From: Octopus sinensis
Lineage: Eukaryota
Length of the DNA: 27,087 nucleotides
NCBI RefSeq assembly: GCF_006345805.1
Contig: NW_021834032.1
Span: 1-27,087, forward strand
Direction of reading: 5' to 3'
In this document: positions 1 through 10,604 of the stretch, in pieces
Layout: each line of letters begins with the position of its first letter
Numbering within the stretch: position 1 is the first letter of the stretch
Notes under the pieces: generated by a model
The model's database searches: none
What the model saw: the letters and a program-made list of their open reading frames with translations, nothing else
What the model was told of the DNA's origin: nothing
Position numbers and translations under genes: made by a program

Positions 1-343
1 TTTACTACTGCTGCTTTCTATTTCACAATGTTTTGAGTTCAAACAAAATCTATTTAAAACCTAAAGTTACTTCAACAGCAATTAAGCGAAACTAATTAAG
101 TAACATCATTGATTAAACGAGAAGCTAATTACCTATTTTAAACATTTAATGAAGTCTGTTTTCTCAATTTTCAACTATTAAATTATTTGTCATTCTTCGT
201 CATTCTATGGTTTATTAAAGTCCAACAATGTTGCTGCGTTTTTATAGAGATGTTACGGTATCACTATAGTATGGCTATAACTTGCGATAGTATCATATCA
301 GTGTCACTATAGTGTTATTTCAATATCTCTATTGTATCTATAT

Positions 344-669
344 GTGAAGGCTCGTGGCTAAGTGGTTATGGCATTCGGCTCACGATTGTAAGTTCGTGAG
401 TTCAGTTCCCGGCAACGCGTTGTGTCCTTGAACAAGACACTTTATTTCACGTTGCTCCAGTCCACTCAGCTGGCAAAAATGAGTTGTACCTGTATTTCAA
501 AGGGCCGGCCTTGTCACACTCTGTGCCATGCTGAATCTCCCTGAGAATTACGTTAAGGGTACACGTGTCTGTGGAGTGCTCAGCCACTTGCTCGTTAATT
601 TCACGAGCAACCTGTTCCGTTGATCGTATCAGCTGGGACCCTCGTCTTCGTAACCGACGGAGTGCTATG
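344..669 (+). mobile_element. tRNA-derived SINE (head A + CORE-like body + tail X), full length
   Basis: tRNA-like A box (TGGCTAAGTGG) and B-box-like GAGTTCAGTTCC; CORE-like TTGTGTCCTTGAACAAGACACTTTA; exact 13-bp TSD ATTGTATCTATAT at 331-343 and 670-682; head shared with 12459-12774, tail shared with 1764-2153. Confidence 0.9.
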
Positions 670-1005
670 ATTGTATCTATATAGCGTCACTACAGTTAAA
701 CATTACTATCGTAAAGTGCTGTCATAATTTCACTAGTGTTGTTATAATGTAATTCGTATCTCTAGCAGTATTCACCATGTTAAAAGAATTCAGACTCTAC
801 CTGCTGTTCTCTTTATCGGCAACGTTATCTAACGTCAGTATGGTGTAACTTACACCTTGCAAGTCGAGCGATTGTGTGAAGGATGTTTACCATTGGTCTT
901 TTCCCGCTCGGGTGTTCAAGCTATGCATTTGCTGCATCAATGCCACTTTTCTGGTAGGACTGCAATGGTCAAAGTCACTGATCTACTTCCTTTGATTAAC
1001 GTACA

Positions 1006-1148
1006 AACACACACAAGCACACGCAGGCAAACACACACACACACACAAACACACACATGCATACATACATATTATTATATATATCATATATATACATATA
1101 TATACATATATACATACATATCTAAATATCTATCTATCTATCTATCTA

Positions 1149-1221
<73 letters not shown>

Positions 1222-1372
1222 CACACACATTTGAGTAAGCACACAATGCAAAACAAGTGGAAAAAAATAGTACACATAAACCGAAAGTAGAGTAATATGT
1301 TTTTATTAAAGCTGAATATGTATATATATTATATATGTATATGTATATATATATAATATACATATATATAAT

Positions 1373-1406
<34 letters not shown>

Positions 1407-1408
1407 AT
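1006..1408. repeat. compound (CA)n/(TATC)n/(TA)n microsatellite with an ~90-bp unique insert at 1231-1318
   Basis: directly visible. Confidence 0.95.
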
Positions 1409-1763
1409 CAAATTTGACCAGAAAAAAATTAACCCTTTTAATACTTTTCTCCTGCTCGCTGCCAAAATGCTTATTTACTTTAATTCTTGTAATCAAAACC
1501 TAAAATTCTGTTTTTTGTTTGTTTGTTTTAATTTATACAGTCTGTGTACCCAGATGACTCTAGGTGAATTAGAAAACACGAAACACATTCTGTGACCTCA
1601 CATCCTGAGTTTAGCTTGATATGTTAAAGGTTGCACTTCCCTATTTCATTAGTTGTGAACACTTCATATTTCAGATTTTTAGTTTCTATATTTCGCGCTT
1701 TTAAATATAAACATTATTATTGTTGCGGAGCATTTATCTACATCTTGTGATACAACAGTGTTA

Positions 1764-2153
1764 GTAGGAGCACTCCGTCGGTTGCGACGATGAGGGTCCC
1801 AGCTGATACGATCAACGGAACAGCTTGCTCGTGATATTAACGTGCAAGTGGCTGAGCACTCCACAGACACGTGTACCCTTAACGTAGTTCTCGAGGAGAT
1901 TCAGCGTGACACACAGAATGTGACAAGGCTGGCCCTTTGAAATACAGGTACAAGAGAAACAGGAAGAAAGAGCGAGAGAAAGTTGTGGTGAAAGAGTACA
2001 GCAGGGCTCACCACCATCCCTGCCGGAGCCTCGTGGAGCTTTAGGTGTTTTCGCTCAATAAACACTCACAATGCTCGGTCTGGGAATCGAAACCGCGATC
2101 TTCCGACCGCGAGTCCGCTGCCCCACTGGGCCACTGGGCCATTGCGTCTCCAC
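1764..2153 (-). mobile_element. tRNA-derived SINE (head B + tail X), full length
   Basis: minus-strand B box GGTTTCGATTCC; ~1769-1952 is the reverse complement of ~485-667; 12-bp TSD ACAACAGTGTTA at 1752-1763 and 2154-2165. Confidence 0.9.
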
Positions 2154-2779
2154 ACAACAGTGTTACGGGGGAAACGATTGAAAGAACCATTTCCTGTGAT
2201 ATTATTTCTAAATCTCCCAGAACTCAACTTTTTATTTCACAAATTTAATATGAAATTGTTAATTACTGAATTCTAATTATTTTCCTTTACACATTTTTTT
2301 TTCTTTTGATAAAAATTAATTGATCTTGATCTGGGGAAATAGGATTTCAGTGCTGTTTTAATATTTTTTATAAAATGCCCCCCCCCCTCACTCTCTCTCT
2401 CTCTCTACTTGGACAATATAAGTCGTGATGGTCATGTCAGTATTGTCTTAGGTTTGCTCGACCACAGCTGGCCCCTAGAGCTAAACAACCAACAGCAGCG
2501 ACAACTGTTAACATGTCCACATCATTCCCATTTCTACCGCACACGCTTACCTGGACAGACACACATACACAGAAACACACAGAAACACATACACACAAAT
2601 GCCCGCCCGCACGCATGCTCAGTAGAGCCAACTTCAACAAACAGACATGCAATTAGGATGATTTCATTGGAATGAAATGAAACGAAATGAAATGAGAAGA
2701 CAACAAACAGAACCTGCAGATGTTTCGTAAGACTCAGTAATGAGACGTTAATTAACAAAACAATTAGCTGCAGCCAAAT

Positions 2780-2832
2780 GCAGCAGCAGCAGCAGTAGCA
2801 ACAGCAGCAGCAGCAGCAGTAGCAGCAGCAGC

Positions 2833-2863
<31 letters not shown>

Positions 2864-2928
2864 ATTGTAGTAGTAGTTGTAGTAGTAGTAGTTGTAGTTG
2901 TAGTTGTAGTAGTAGTAGTAGTAGTAGT

Positions 2929-2963
<35 letters not shown>

Positions 2964-3034
2964 TAGTAGTTGTAGTAGTAGTAGTAGTAGTTGTTGTAGC
3001 AGTAGTGGTAGTAGTAGTTGTAGTAGTAGTAGTT

Positions 3035-3075
<41 letters not shown>

Positions 3076-3105
3076 TGTAGTAGTAGTTAGTAGTAGTAGT
3101 AGTAG
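2780..3105. repeat. (CAG)n/(TAG)n/(TTG)n trinucleotide microsatellite
   Basis: directly visible; accounts for the poly-V ORF 3005..3688. Confidence 0.97.
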
Positions 3106-3196
3106 TTTGTTTTGTAATGGTTTAACATTTGCTGTTATTTTTCTCTTTATTGTTTTCTTTCTTCAAATTTGTTTTTTGCTTTCTTCCTCAGTTACT

Positions 3197-3246
3197 ATTT
3201 GTTTGTTTATTTATTTATTTATTTATTTGTTTATTTATTTATTTGT

Positions 3247-3277
<31 letters not shown>

Positions 3278-3278
3278 T
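3197..3278. repeat. (TTTA)n microsatellite
   Basis: directly visible. Confidence 0.95.
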
Positions 3279-3450
3279 TGCGTAAATTATTCCGGGGCGG
3301 TGCAGCTGCTATGCAAGCAGGCATGCTAGACTGCATCCAAAGAGAGAATATTTCACTGATAAGCATGACGTTGCTCACCATCATACACCACCATCATACA
3401 CCACCCCGTCTTCTATTCCCACCCCCATCTTCTATTCCCCTTCTACTCGC

Positions 3451-3626
3451 CAGTGGTGTAACTAGAGTGTGTACCATCTGGACAGCCCTTGAATTTCCTC
3501 CCACTCCCATCTGGGTCAACGCAGATTATAAAGGTTTATACAACAAACCCAAACGTGCTGCACCCACAAAAGCGTCGCCAGGGGCAGACATCCCTCTACA
3601 ACACCCACACACTCAGTACGCTACTG
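3451..3626. mobile_element. possible old MITE with CAGTGGCGTA-type termini
   Basis: CAGTGGTGTA at 3451-3460 and TACGCTACTG at 3617-3626 are 8/10 inverted; no TSD recognisable. Confidence 0.35.
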
Positions 3627-3640
3627 TCAACTACATAATT

Positions 3641-3792
3641 GGTTTCAAATTTTTGCACAATGCCAGCAATTTCGGGGGGAAGAGTTAAGTCGATTACAAC
3701 GGCTCAAGTGCTCGACTGGTACTTATTTTATCGACAAAATGCCGCTAAGCATTTTGCTTGGCATGCTAACGATTCTGCCAGATCACCGCCTT
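3641..3792 (-). mobile_element. Nin/Deu-domain SINE, internally deleted
   Basis: matches head (CCGCCTT end) and tail (GGTTTCAAATTTTTGCACAA) of other copies in the window. Confidence 0.8.
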
Positions 3793-4063
3793 ACTGCCAG
3801 CTACAATATTACAATGGATTCTACTCCTAGGAACACGTGGTTTCGTTCCACCTCCATTTAGGCACTCTTGACGCATTCGTTTCTCTTGTTCTCATTCAAT
3901 GTATTATTGCGTCTCACTCCTTAAACCCGGCACTAAGCACTACATCCAGTCGTTTCTCTCACAGAAAACCAGCCTTCTGCAATTCCCTCCTTAAACATGT
4001 TTTCCCTTCAATTGCCAACACGTAAATTGTTTAAGGGGAACATCAGCGACATCGATGACGATA

Positions 4064-4296
4064 TATTTCTTTACTACCCACAAGGGGCTAAACACAGAGA
4101 GGACAAACAAGGACAGACAAAGGGATTAAGTCGACTACATCGACCCCAGTGCGTAACTGGTACTTAATTTATCGACCCCGAAAGGATGAAAGGCAAAGTC
4201 GACCTCGGCGGAATTTGAACTCGGAACGTAACGACAGACGAAATACGGCTACGAATTTCGCCCGGCGTGCTAACGTTTCTACCAGCTCGCCGCCTT
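4064..4296 (-). mobile_element. Nin/Deu-domain SINE, tail type 1
   Basis: near reverse complement of 8896-9129; contains GTCGACTTTGCCTTTCATCCTTTCGGGGTCGATAAA on the minus strand. Confidence 0.9.
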
Positions 4297-4440
4297 AACA
4301 TCTAGCTCTTTCTTTCAGAGTAAAAAAAAAACAACAACACAAAAAATAGAAAAGGAAAAAGAAAGAAAATTCAGATTTCATTAAACAACATGGTGACATT
4401 TCAAAAGGTACCATTTATTCTCTTCTGAGGATTGCAATAA

Positions 4441-4669
4441 ATCTTTCTACTATAGACACAAGGACTGAAATTTGGCGGAGGTGAGGGGAGACAGTCGATT
4501 ACATCGACTCCAGTTTTCAACTGGTACTCATTTTATCGACCCCGAAAGGATGAAAGGCAAAATTGACCGGGGCGGGATTTGAACTCAAAACATAAAAAAA
4601 AAAAAAACGGAAGAACTATTGCTATGAATTTCGTCCAGTGTGCTAACGATTATGTCAGCACTGTGCCTT
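4441..4669 (-). mobile_element. Nin/Deu-domain SINE, tail type 2
   Basis: TCGACCCCGAAAGGATGAAAGGCAAA core; diverged head. Confidence 0.85.
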
Positions 4670-4721
4670 TCTGCTGATTGTTATAATAATCACAATTCAG
4701 ATATTATTATTTAACGCCGTT

Positions 4722-5410
4722 AAGGCGGCGTGCTGGTAGAATTGTTAGCACGCCGGGCAAAATGTTATCGGCATTTCGCCCTTCACGTTTTGAGTTTAAA
4801 TTCTGCCGAGGTTGACCTTGTCTTTTATCCTTCAGAGGTCGATAAAATAAGTACTAATCGAGCACTGGAGTCGATGTAATCGACTTACCCCATCCCCCAA
4901 ACTTACGGGCCTTGTGCCAAAATTTGAAACCAATATCTAACACCATTCAGGCAGTCAACAGGCAGAATTGTCAGAATGTCGGAAAACATGCTTTGCAATA
5001 TTTCTTCCGACTCATTACATTTCGAGTTTAAATTCTGCAGAGGTCGAATTTGCCTTATCATTCTTTCGGAATCGATAAAACAAGCACCAGTTGAGCACAA
5101 GAATTGATGAATCGACTTACTCCTTCTTTCAAAATTGTTGGCATTGTGCCAAAATTAGAAAGAAATAATTTAATGCCATTCAGGTGGTGAGCTGGCCAAA
5201 TTGTTAGAGCTTCAGGCAAAAAAAAATGCTTTGCGGTATTTATTCCGGTTCATAATGTTCTGAGTTGTTCTGAGTTCAAATTTCACTGCGGTTGACGTTG
5301 CTTTTCATCATTTCGGAGGCGGTGAAAGAAGTAACAGTCAAAGACTGAAATCGATTTAATCCACTTGTCACTTCCCCTCAAAATTGCTGGCCTTGTGCCA
5401 AAATTTGAAA
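4722..5410 (+). mobile_element. three head-to-tail Nin/Deu SINE copies (4722-4931, 4948-5161, 5181-5410)
   Basis: each has an AGGCGG-like head, GAGTT(T/C)AAATT B-box-like motif, Nin core and TTGTGCCAAAATT(T/A)GAAA tail. Confidence 0.88.
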
Positions 5411-6410
5411 GAATAGTTGATGTAATTTCTCTTCTTGTTATTGTTGTTGCATTCGTCATCGTCGAATCGAAAGAAAAAGAGAAAGTGGGAGTCTTTTGTT
5501 TCCTCTTTAATTTGTATTCGCAAAAGAACAACGGCCATTGGTCCATGGCAAAGGGTAAGACATTAATTCGCATAGCTGTGATAAAAGAAAGACATTACAT
5601 CTTGGATCGTAAAAAGGAAGGGTATTGCTTCGTGGTACGGAGTAGCAGGGAAAAAATATTAATCCATTCGCTCTTGGATGTGGGGTGGCACAAGTCAGAA
5701 ATTATGAGAGAGATTGATGAACATGCTATATGGTACTTCAAAAAGGAGTAGCTAAATTTATTACAGAATATGTAGTAAGCTTGTTACTGTTCAAATGTGC
5801 TTCAGACATATTCGAACATATATGAAAGCCATTCACTGCATTTTGTCACGGAGAAAAATTCTTGCTGTAGGCAAAAAAAAAAAGGTGTAGTAAAGATAGC
5901 AAGTCAGCCCGGAATATATTTTCGAGGAAGGGGTGAAAAAGAGAAAGAAGGAAAGAAAGAAAGAAAAGAAGAGACAGACCGACAGGCAGACAGACAGACA
6001 GACTGATAGAGACAGGGACAAAGATAGAGGAAGATAGAGAGAGAGGAGAGAGACGTATGACGAAGAACCTACCTAAAAGCATAAATAAATAACAAATGTT
6101 TTGTCGTTAATAAGACGTACGAACGAACCATCACCATGCTTACTTAACGCTATGTAATTTGCAAACATTCGAACCAGGTGCTGCATTATTATATCTGATG
6201 TCTCTAAACTATCTTTCTTTTCTGTGAGTTAATTTGATTTGTTGTTTCGTTGGAATTGGCATTATTATGTCTTCCATCGCTATTTCCGCTGCTGTTGCGT
6301 CATACTGTTTCTATCGTATTTCTCTACTTTGGTTGCAGTTTGTTCTAAAAAAAATGCAATTCATTCTGACGTCTGAAACACGATATTCATTACGTACGTA
6401 TGCTCAACGA

Positions 6411-6641
6411 TGTGTATGTATGTATGTATTATGTATGTATGTATGTATGTATGTATGTATGTATGTACGTATGTATGTATGTATGTATGCATGTATGTGC
6501 ATATATGTATGTATGCATGTATGTATGTATGTATGTATGTATGTATGTATGTATGTATGTGCGTGTATGTACATATATATATGTATAATACACAAACACA
6601 TACACATACATCTCTCTCTCAATTTATATATATATATATAT
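6411..6641. repeat. (TATG)n microsatellite with CA/TC/TA tail
   Basis: directly visible. Confidence 0.95.
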
Positions 6642-6856
6642 CGGAAATGTACTTGCATAGCGAGTGACTTGATCTGAGATTGTGTGGTGGAACGAAAACA
6701 ATTGCAGCGTGGAAGGTGTTTATAAGCCATCTAAGAAACACACAAAAACCGTTAGATTCACTTCAACATTTAAATTTAATTTGTCAAAATAAAATTTTGC
6801 AAAATTTTGTGTGTTTCTTAAATGGCTTATAAACACCTTCCACGCTGCAATTGTTT
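6642..6856. mobile_element. fold-back Penelope-like element terminus inserted in (TA)n
   Basis: 52-bp inverted arms 6696-6747 / 6805-6856 (1 mismatch); same family as 21903-22070 and similar to 9440-9505, which follows a PLE ORF remnant. Confidence 0.75.
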
Positions 6857-6881
6857 ATAATAATATATATATATATATATA

Positions 6882-7270
6882 CTAGCAGTATCGCCCGGCG
6901 TTGCTCGGGTTTGTAAGGAAAATAACTATATAAGCCTTTTTAGAGAGTTATAGCCAAAAAATAGCCAAAAAATGCATTCAAAATGGAAAAAAAATGATGG
7001 TAATTTTTTTTTTAAATCGTTGACTCATCGTAGACATTTTTAGAGAGTTACTTCCCTTAGCGAAAAAAATGCATTAAAATGGGAAAAAAATTATGGTAAT
7101 TTTTATTTTTTAATCGTAGACTCATCGTAGACGCGTGCTAATACCCAGAAGGGCTCGATATGACTCACGACTATAAGATACCCGGTTTTGGTTAAACTGC
7201 ACCGCAAAATGTGGGAGTAGATAGGAATCTAAATCGTAGGAGACAGACACCAACTTCTCTTTTATATATA
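6882..7270 (-). mobile_element. non-autonomous Helitron-like element
   Basis: minus-strand 3' end CTAG|T (6882-6885) with GC hairpin CCCG...CGGG at 6894-6909; 5' end runs into TATATATAAAAG; internal ~100-bp tandem duplication (6937-7035 / 7037-7132). Confidence 0.75.
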
Positions 7271-7303
7271 TAATACATATATATATATACATATATATTA
7301 TAT

Positions 7304-7341
<38 letters not shown>

Positions 7342-7379
7342 CATTAATATATATATATATATAATATATATAAATATAG

Positions 7380-7412
<33 letters not shown>

Positions 7413-7463
7413 TATATAATATATATATATATATAATATATACATATATATTATATATATATA
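7264..7463. repeat. degenerate (TA)n microsatellite
   Basis: directly visible. Confidence 0.95.
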
Positions 7464-7504
7464 CAGGTTTAGTGACATAAACAGGAAATATTGAACTCAA
7501 ATCT

Positions 7505-7609
7505 GCAGAAGTTGCAGATTGACCGAAGGGCCGAGAGTTTCGTGTATGATACTTATCAAGGTTTGATAAATGCCAACTCTCGGCACTTGAGTCACTCTGT
7601 GACTTCTGC
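7505..7609 (-). ncRNA. 35-bp imperfect hairpin enclosing a candidate type III hammerhead ribozyme (U3-A8 variant)
   Basis: arms 7505-7539 / 7575-7609 match 29/35; minus strand 7584->7530 reads GCCGAGAG-UU^-GGCAUUUAUCAAACC-UUGAUAA-GUAUCAUACAC-GAAA-CUCUCGGC. Confidence 0.45.
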
Positions 7610-8204
7610 CGTTTATTAATAATGTGCGCGCGTGTGTGTGTGTGTGTGCGTGTGTGTGTGGTGTGTGTAGTGCTGTTTGAGTTTCGAATTGCACCACAAA
7701 TAACCAGTATTTAGAACATATGTATTCTCCTTTCTGTTATTTTACTCCCATCGTTTGGTATGAATCTAGCATTTGGGTATGTCACGGAGTACGTATGGAA
7801 AGTAAATCATAACATGGCTGTTTATCTTACGCACGCTTCTTTAATAGAAAAAAATTATTCCTCATTACATAATGTACATAACATAATCAAAATGATTTGT
7901 CAAATACTCAGAGATATGTAACCTTTACATGTAACATTGTGGTTTGTTGTACTGTTGACAGAAGTAACCAACAATTCAACAGTCGAGTAATGTAAACATA
8001 CATTTGACTATACGTTGTTATTATATGATTTATATTATGTAAGTGATAATCATTATTTTAATGAAACATACATAAGATGGTTTAATATAATGTTATAAAC
8101 AACTTTTGTGCTTTGTTTTATTTCACACACAACCAAACATACACAAACAAACACACCACACACACACACACACACATACACACGATAACAGTTTTACTTA
8201 ACAG

Positions 8205-8820
8205 CTGAAATTATATACTCGAGGTTATTGGTTTTGTGGTATGGTTGATATTCGCCCGAACTCAAATCCAAGATAACTTCTAAGAAATCAGCTTTAGTAT
8301 ATAATCGTGAAGAACATATATTAATTTTGACTCTAACCACCCCAAAATATCACCCAATCTATAGACATTTCGACCTGCATATCTAGACGTTCCGCGAATG
8401 AGATCTTTAGAAACAATGGTGGAATCAGGATATAGGGAGAATAGAAATAGGACCCAGAACCTAGCATTTACGGATAACAGGAATAGTGAAAATAACTGGG
8501 GAAAACCTCCATAAGCGAAAGGTCATCTCTGCTAGCAGCGCTCGGATTAAGTTAATAATGAAAATAATCGAATTATGAATCGGGATAGTAACATAGATAA
8601 TACTGATATAGACAAACGCGAAAGTGCAGTTAAACCCCCTAGCAAAACCGGTAATTTAAGCAATACTGAGACAGGCACAAAAAAATACGAGTACCATCCT
8701 TAAAGGAAGGAATATATCGAGTGATAGTAATATAGACAAGTATTATAACAACAATGCAGACAAATCCCTTCAAAAAACGGATAGTTTTCATAAATATAGG
8801 CCTACTTCCCAAAAGAATAA
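8205..8820 (-). pseudogene. highly decayed Penelope-like reverse transcriptase fragment (inverted 5' part)
   Basis: 8349->8211 translates YFGVVRVKINICSSRLYTKADFLEVILDLSSGEYQPYHKTNNLEYI, resembling the PLE RT motif FLDVTLDLxxGxYxPYxKPN; upstream LYPDS may be the YRDD remnant; extent beyond ~8450 is uncertain. Confidence 0.55.
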
Positions 8821-8847
8821 TGACCCCCCCCCCACACACACACACAC

Positions 8848-9505
8848 AAAAGAATTAATAAATCGAGGACTATACTATATAATGCGGCGAGCTTTAGGCG
8901 GCGAGCTGGCAGAAACGTTAGCACGCCGGGCGAAATGCGTAGCCGTATTTCGTCTGCCGTTACGTTCTGAGTTCAAATTCCACCGAGGTCGACTTTGCCT
9001 TTCATCCTTTCGGGGTCGTTTAAATAAGTACCAGTTACGAAGTGGGGTCGATATAATCGACTTAATCCGTTTGTCTGTCCTCGTTTGTCGTCTCTGTGTT
9101 TAGCCCCTTGTGGGTAGTAAAGAAATAGGTATAATGCGGCATTCGACAGACTAAAAGATACTGACATTTCAGTAAAATTTTTAACAGCTTTGGATAAACA
9201 CTTCCCTAAATTGAGTGAGTACAGTGCGATCTTCAATCGGCGCACGATTAGATGTGCATTGTGTGTGTATGCGTGCGCGGTTTGTTATATTTATTTCTTC
9301 CAAGACGGACTCAGTATCTTGCCGCCTCCATTTTGAAAATCCTAACCATCTCCGTATTTTTCCAGGTCGTCACCTTCCTCAGATAACAAATAATAAATGT
9401 TTTAAGTGAGGTTAACAGTCATTGTATGTTTTTCTATGGCAATCGTTTTGGTTTCAACAAACGATCTCAGGTCAAATCACTTGACTGGCAAGCACACTTC
9501 CGTAA
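8848..9505 (+). pseudogene. decayed Penelope-like element linker/GIY-YIG C-terminus and 3' UTR, interrupted by a SINE
   Basis: removing the SINE and one TSD restores KRINKSRTILYNAAFDRLKDTDISVKFLTALDKHFPKLSEYSAIFNRRTIRCALC (cf. PLE RNIIWFNPPFS...FLxLIDKHFP...KIFNRNTVKISYSC); later INVLSEVNSHC (cf. LNKRSELxSxCRH). Confidence 0.75.
8896..9129 (+). mobile_element. Nin/Deu-domain SINE, tail type 1, full length
   Basis: complete head, core and tail; 11-bp TSD TATAATGCGGC at 8878-8888 and 9130-9140. Confidence 0.92.
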
Positions 9506-9723
9506 CTGGTTCCCAAATTTTATCGAATTACATTTGTACTTCTGGATATCTCTCAGATTCGCTACAAGTTCCATGCGCAATGTTTTCATCCTTCTTATTT
9601 TTTTTTTTTTTTAGAACACACACACTCTCTCTCTCTCTTTACTGTTTTCTTATAGAAGATGACCTTGGTCTTTTAAAATACCGAGTTAACACGTGCTTAG
9701 TATAATGTCGGCGATTACCTCAA

Positions 9724-9724
9724 T

Positions 9725-9787
<63 letters not shown>

Positions 9788-9789
9788 TT
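9724..9789. repeat. (TTTA)n microsatellite
   Basis: directly visible. Confidence 0.95.
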
Positions 9790-9803
9790 CTAAATGGCTT
9801 TGC

Positions 9804-10007
9804 AGGCGACCAGCTGGCAGAAGCGTTAGCAACGCTGAGCAAAATGCTTGGCGATATTTCATCCGTTTCCAAGTTCAAATTCCGTCAAGGTCGATTTTGC
9901 TTTTATCCTTCTGTGGGGTCGATGAATTAAGGACGAGCACTGGGGTTGATGTAATCGACTTACATTCTTCCTCCAAAATTGCTGGCTCTATACCAAAATT
10001 TGAAACC
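9804..10007 (+). mobile_element. Nin/Deu-domain SINE, tail type 2
   Basis: AGCTGGCAGAAGCGTTAGC head to CCAAAATTTGAAACC tail. Confidence 0.85.
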
Positions 10008-10289
10008 ATTATTTTTATCGGTTCTTTTGTTACTATCTCATTTTATTTCCTTTTATTATTCAGCTCCTTTATTTCCATTTAATTTACCGTATTTTATTAT
10101 CACCAGTTCTCTCAGTTCTTTTATTATCATTTCATCGCATTCCATTTAAATCTTTATCAGTCATTTTCCTATCCTTTACTTGTTATCTTAATTATGTTCA
10201 AGTATACAAAGTTCTTGTAACATCAATGCCATCCACGCCGTTCCCATAACCTTTTAACCTGGAAGTGGCCTATGAGTTTTGGTTTGTGC

Positions 10290-10356
<67 letters not shown>

Positions 10357-10552
10357 TATTACATTATATAAAAGGGCTTAGTAAAATAAATTACTTTGCC
10401 GCATACTGAACTCATTAGAAATAGCAGCTAAAAAAAACTTTTTTAAAACTATTTCTAATACTTAAAGAAAACCTCTCTCATATAGTGTTTGCTCAATTCA
10501 ACTCACGCAAATATGGGGGTAGAGACATTAAAAAATCAAGTGCAAGGTTATT

Positions 10553-10604
10553 TGAGAACGTACGTTTCAAGATTAGTCAAGTCGACATTTCTATCATCAG
10601 CTCA
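10553..10604 (-). ncRNA. type I hammerhead ribozyme motif (PLE-type)
   Basis: UGAG-CUGAUGA-[stem II]-GAAA-CGUACG-UU^-CUCA; stem I UGAG/CUCA; palindromic stem III AACGUACGUU. Confidence 0.7.

Noticed and set aside
349-415. tRNA-like sequences at SINE heads
   Set aside because: Parts of SINEs with TSDs and imperfect cloverleaves; not tRNA genes
255-745. Recurring TCACTATAGT-like motifs resembling an array
   Set aside because: Degenerate low-complexity repeat split by a SINE; no regular repeat-spacer structure, not CRISPR
3005-3688. Longest ORF (227 aa)
   Set aside because: Built from (GTA)n, (TTTA)n, a possible MITE and a SINE tail; no protein-like content
5500-5760. Possible exon ending AAAGG|GTAAGA near 5553 and ORF 5365..5751
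   Set aside because: The ORF begins inside a SINE, with no clear acceptor or recognisable protein
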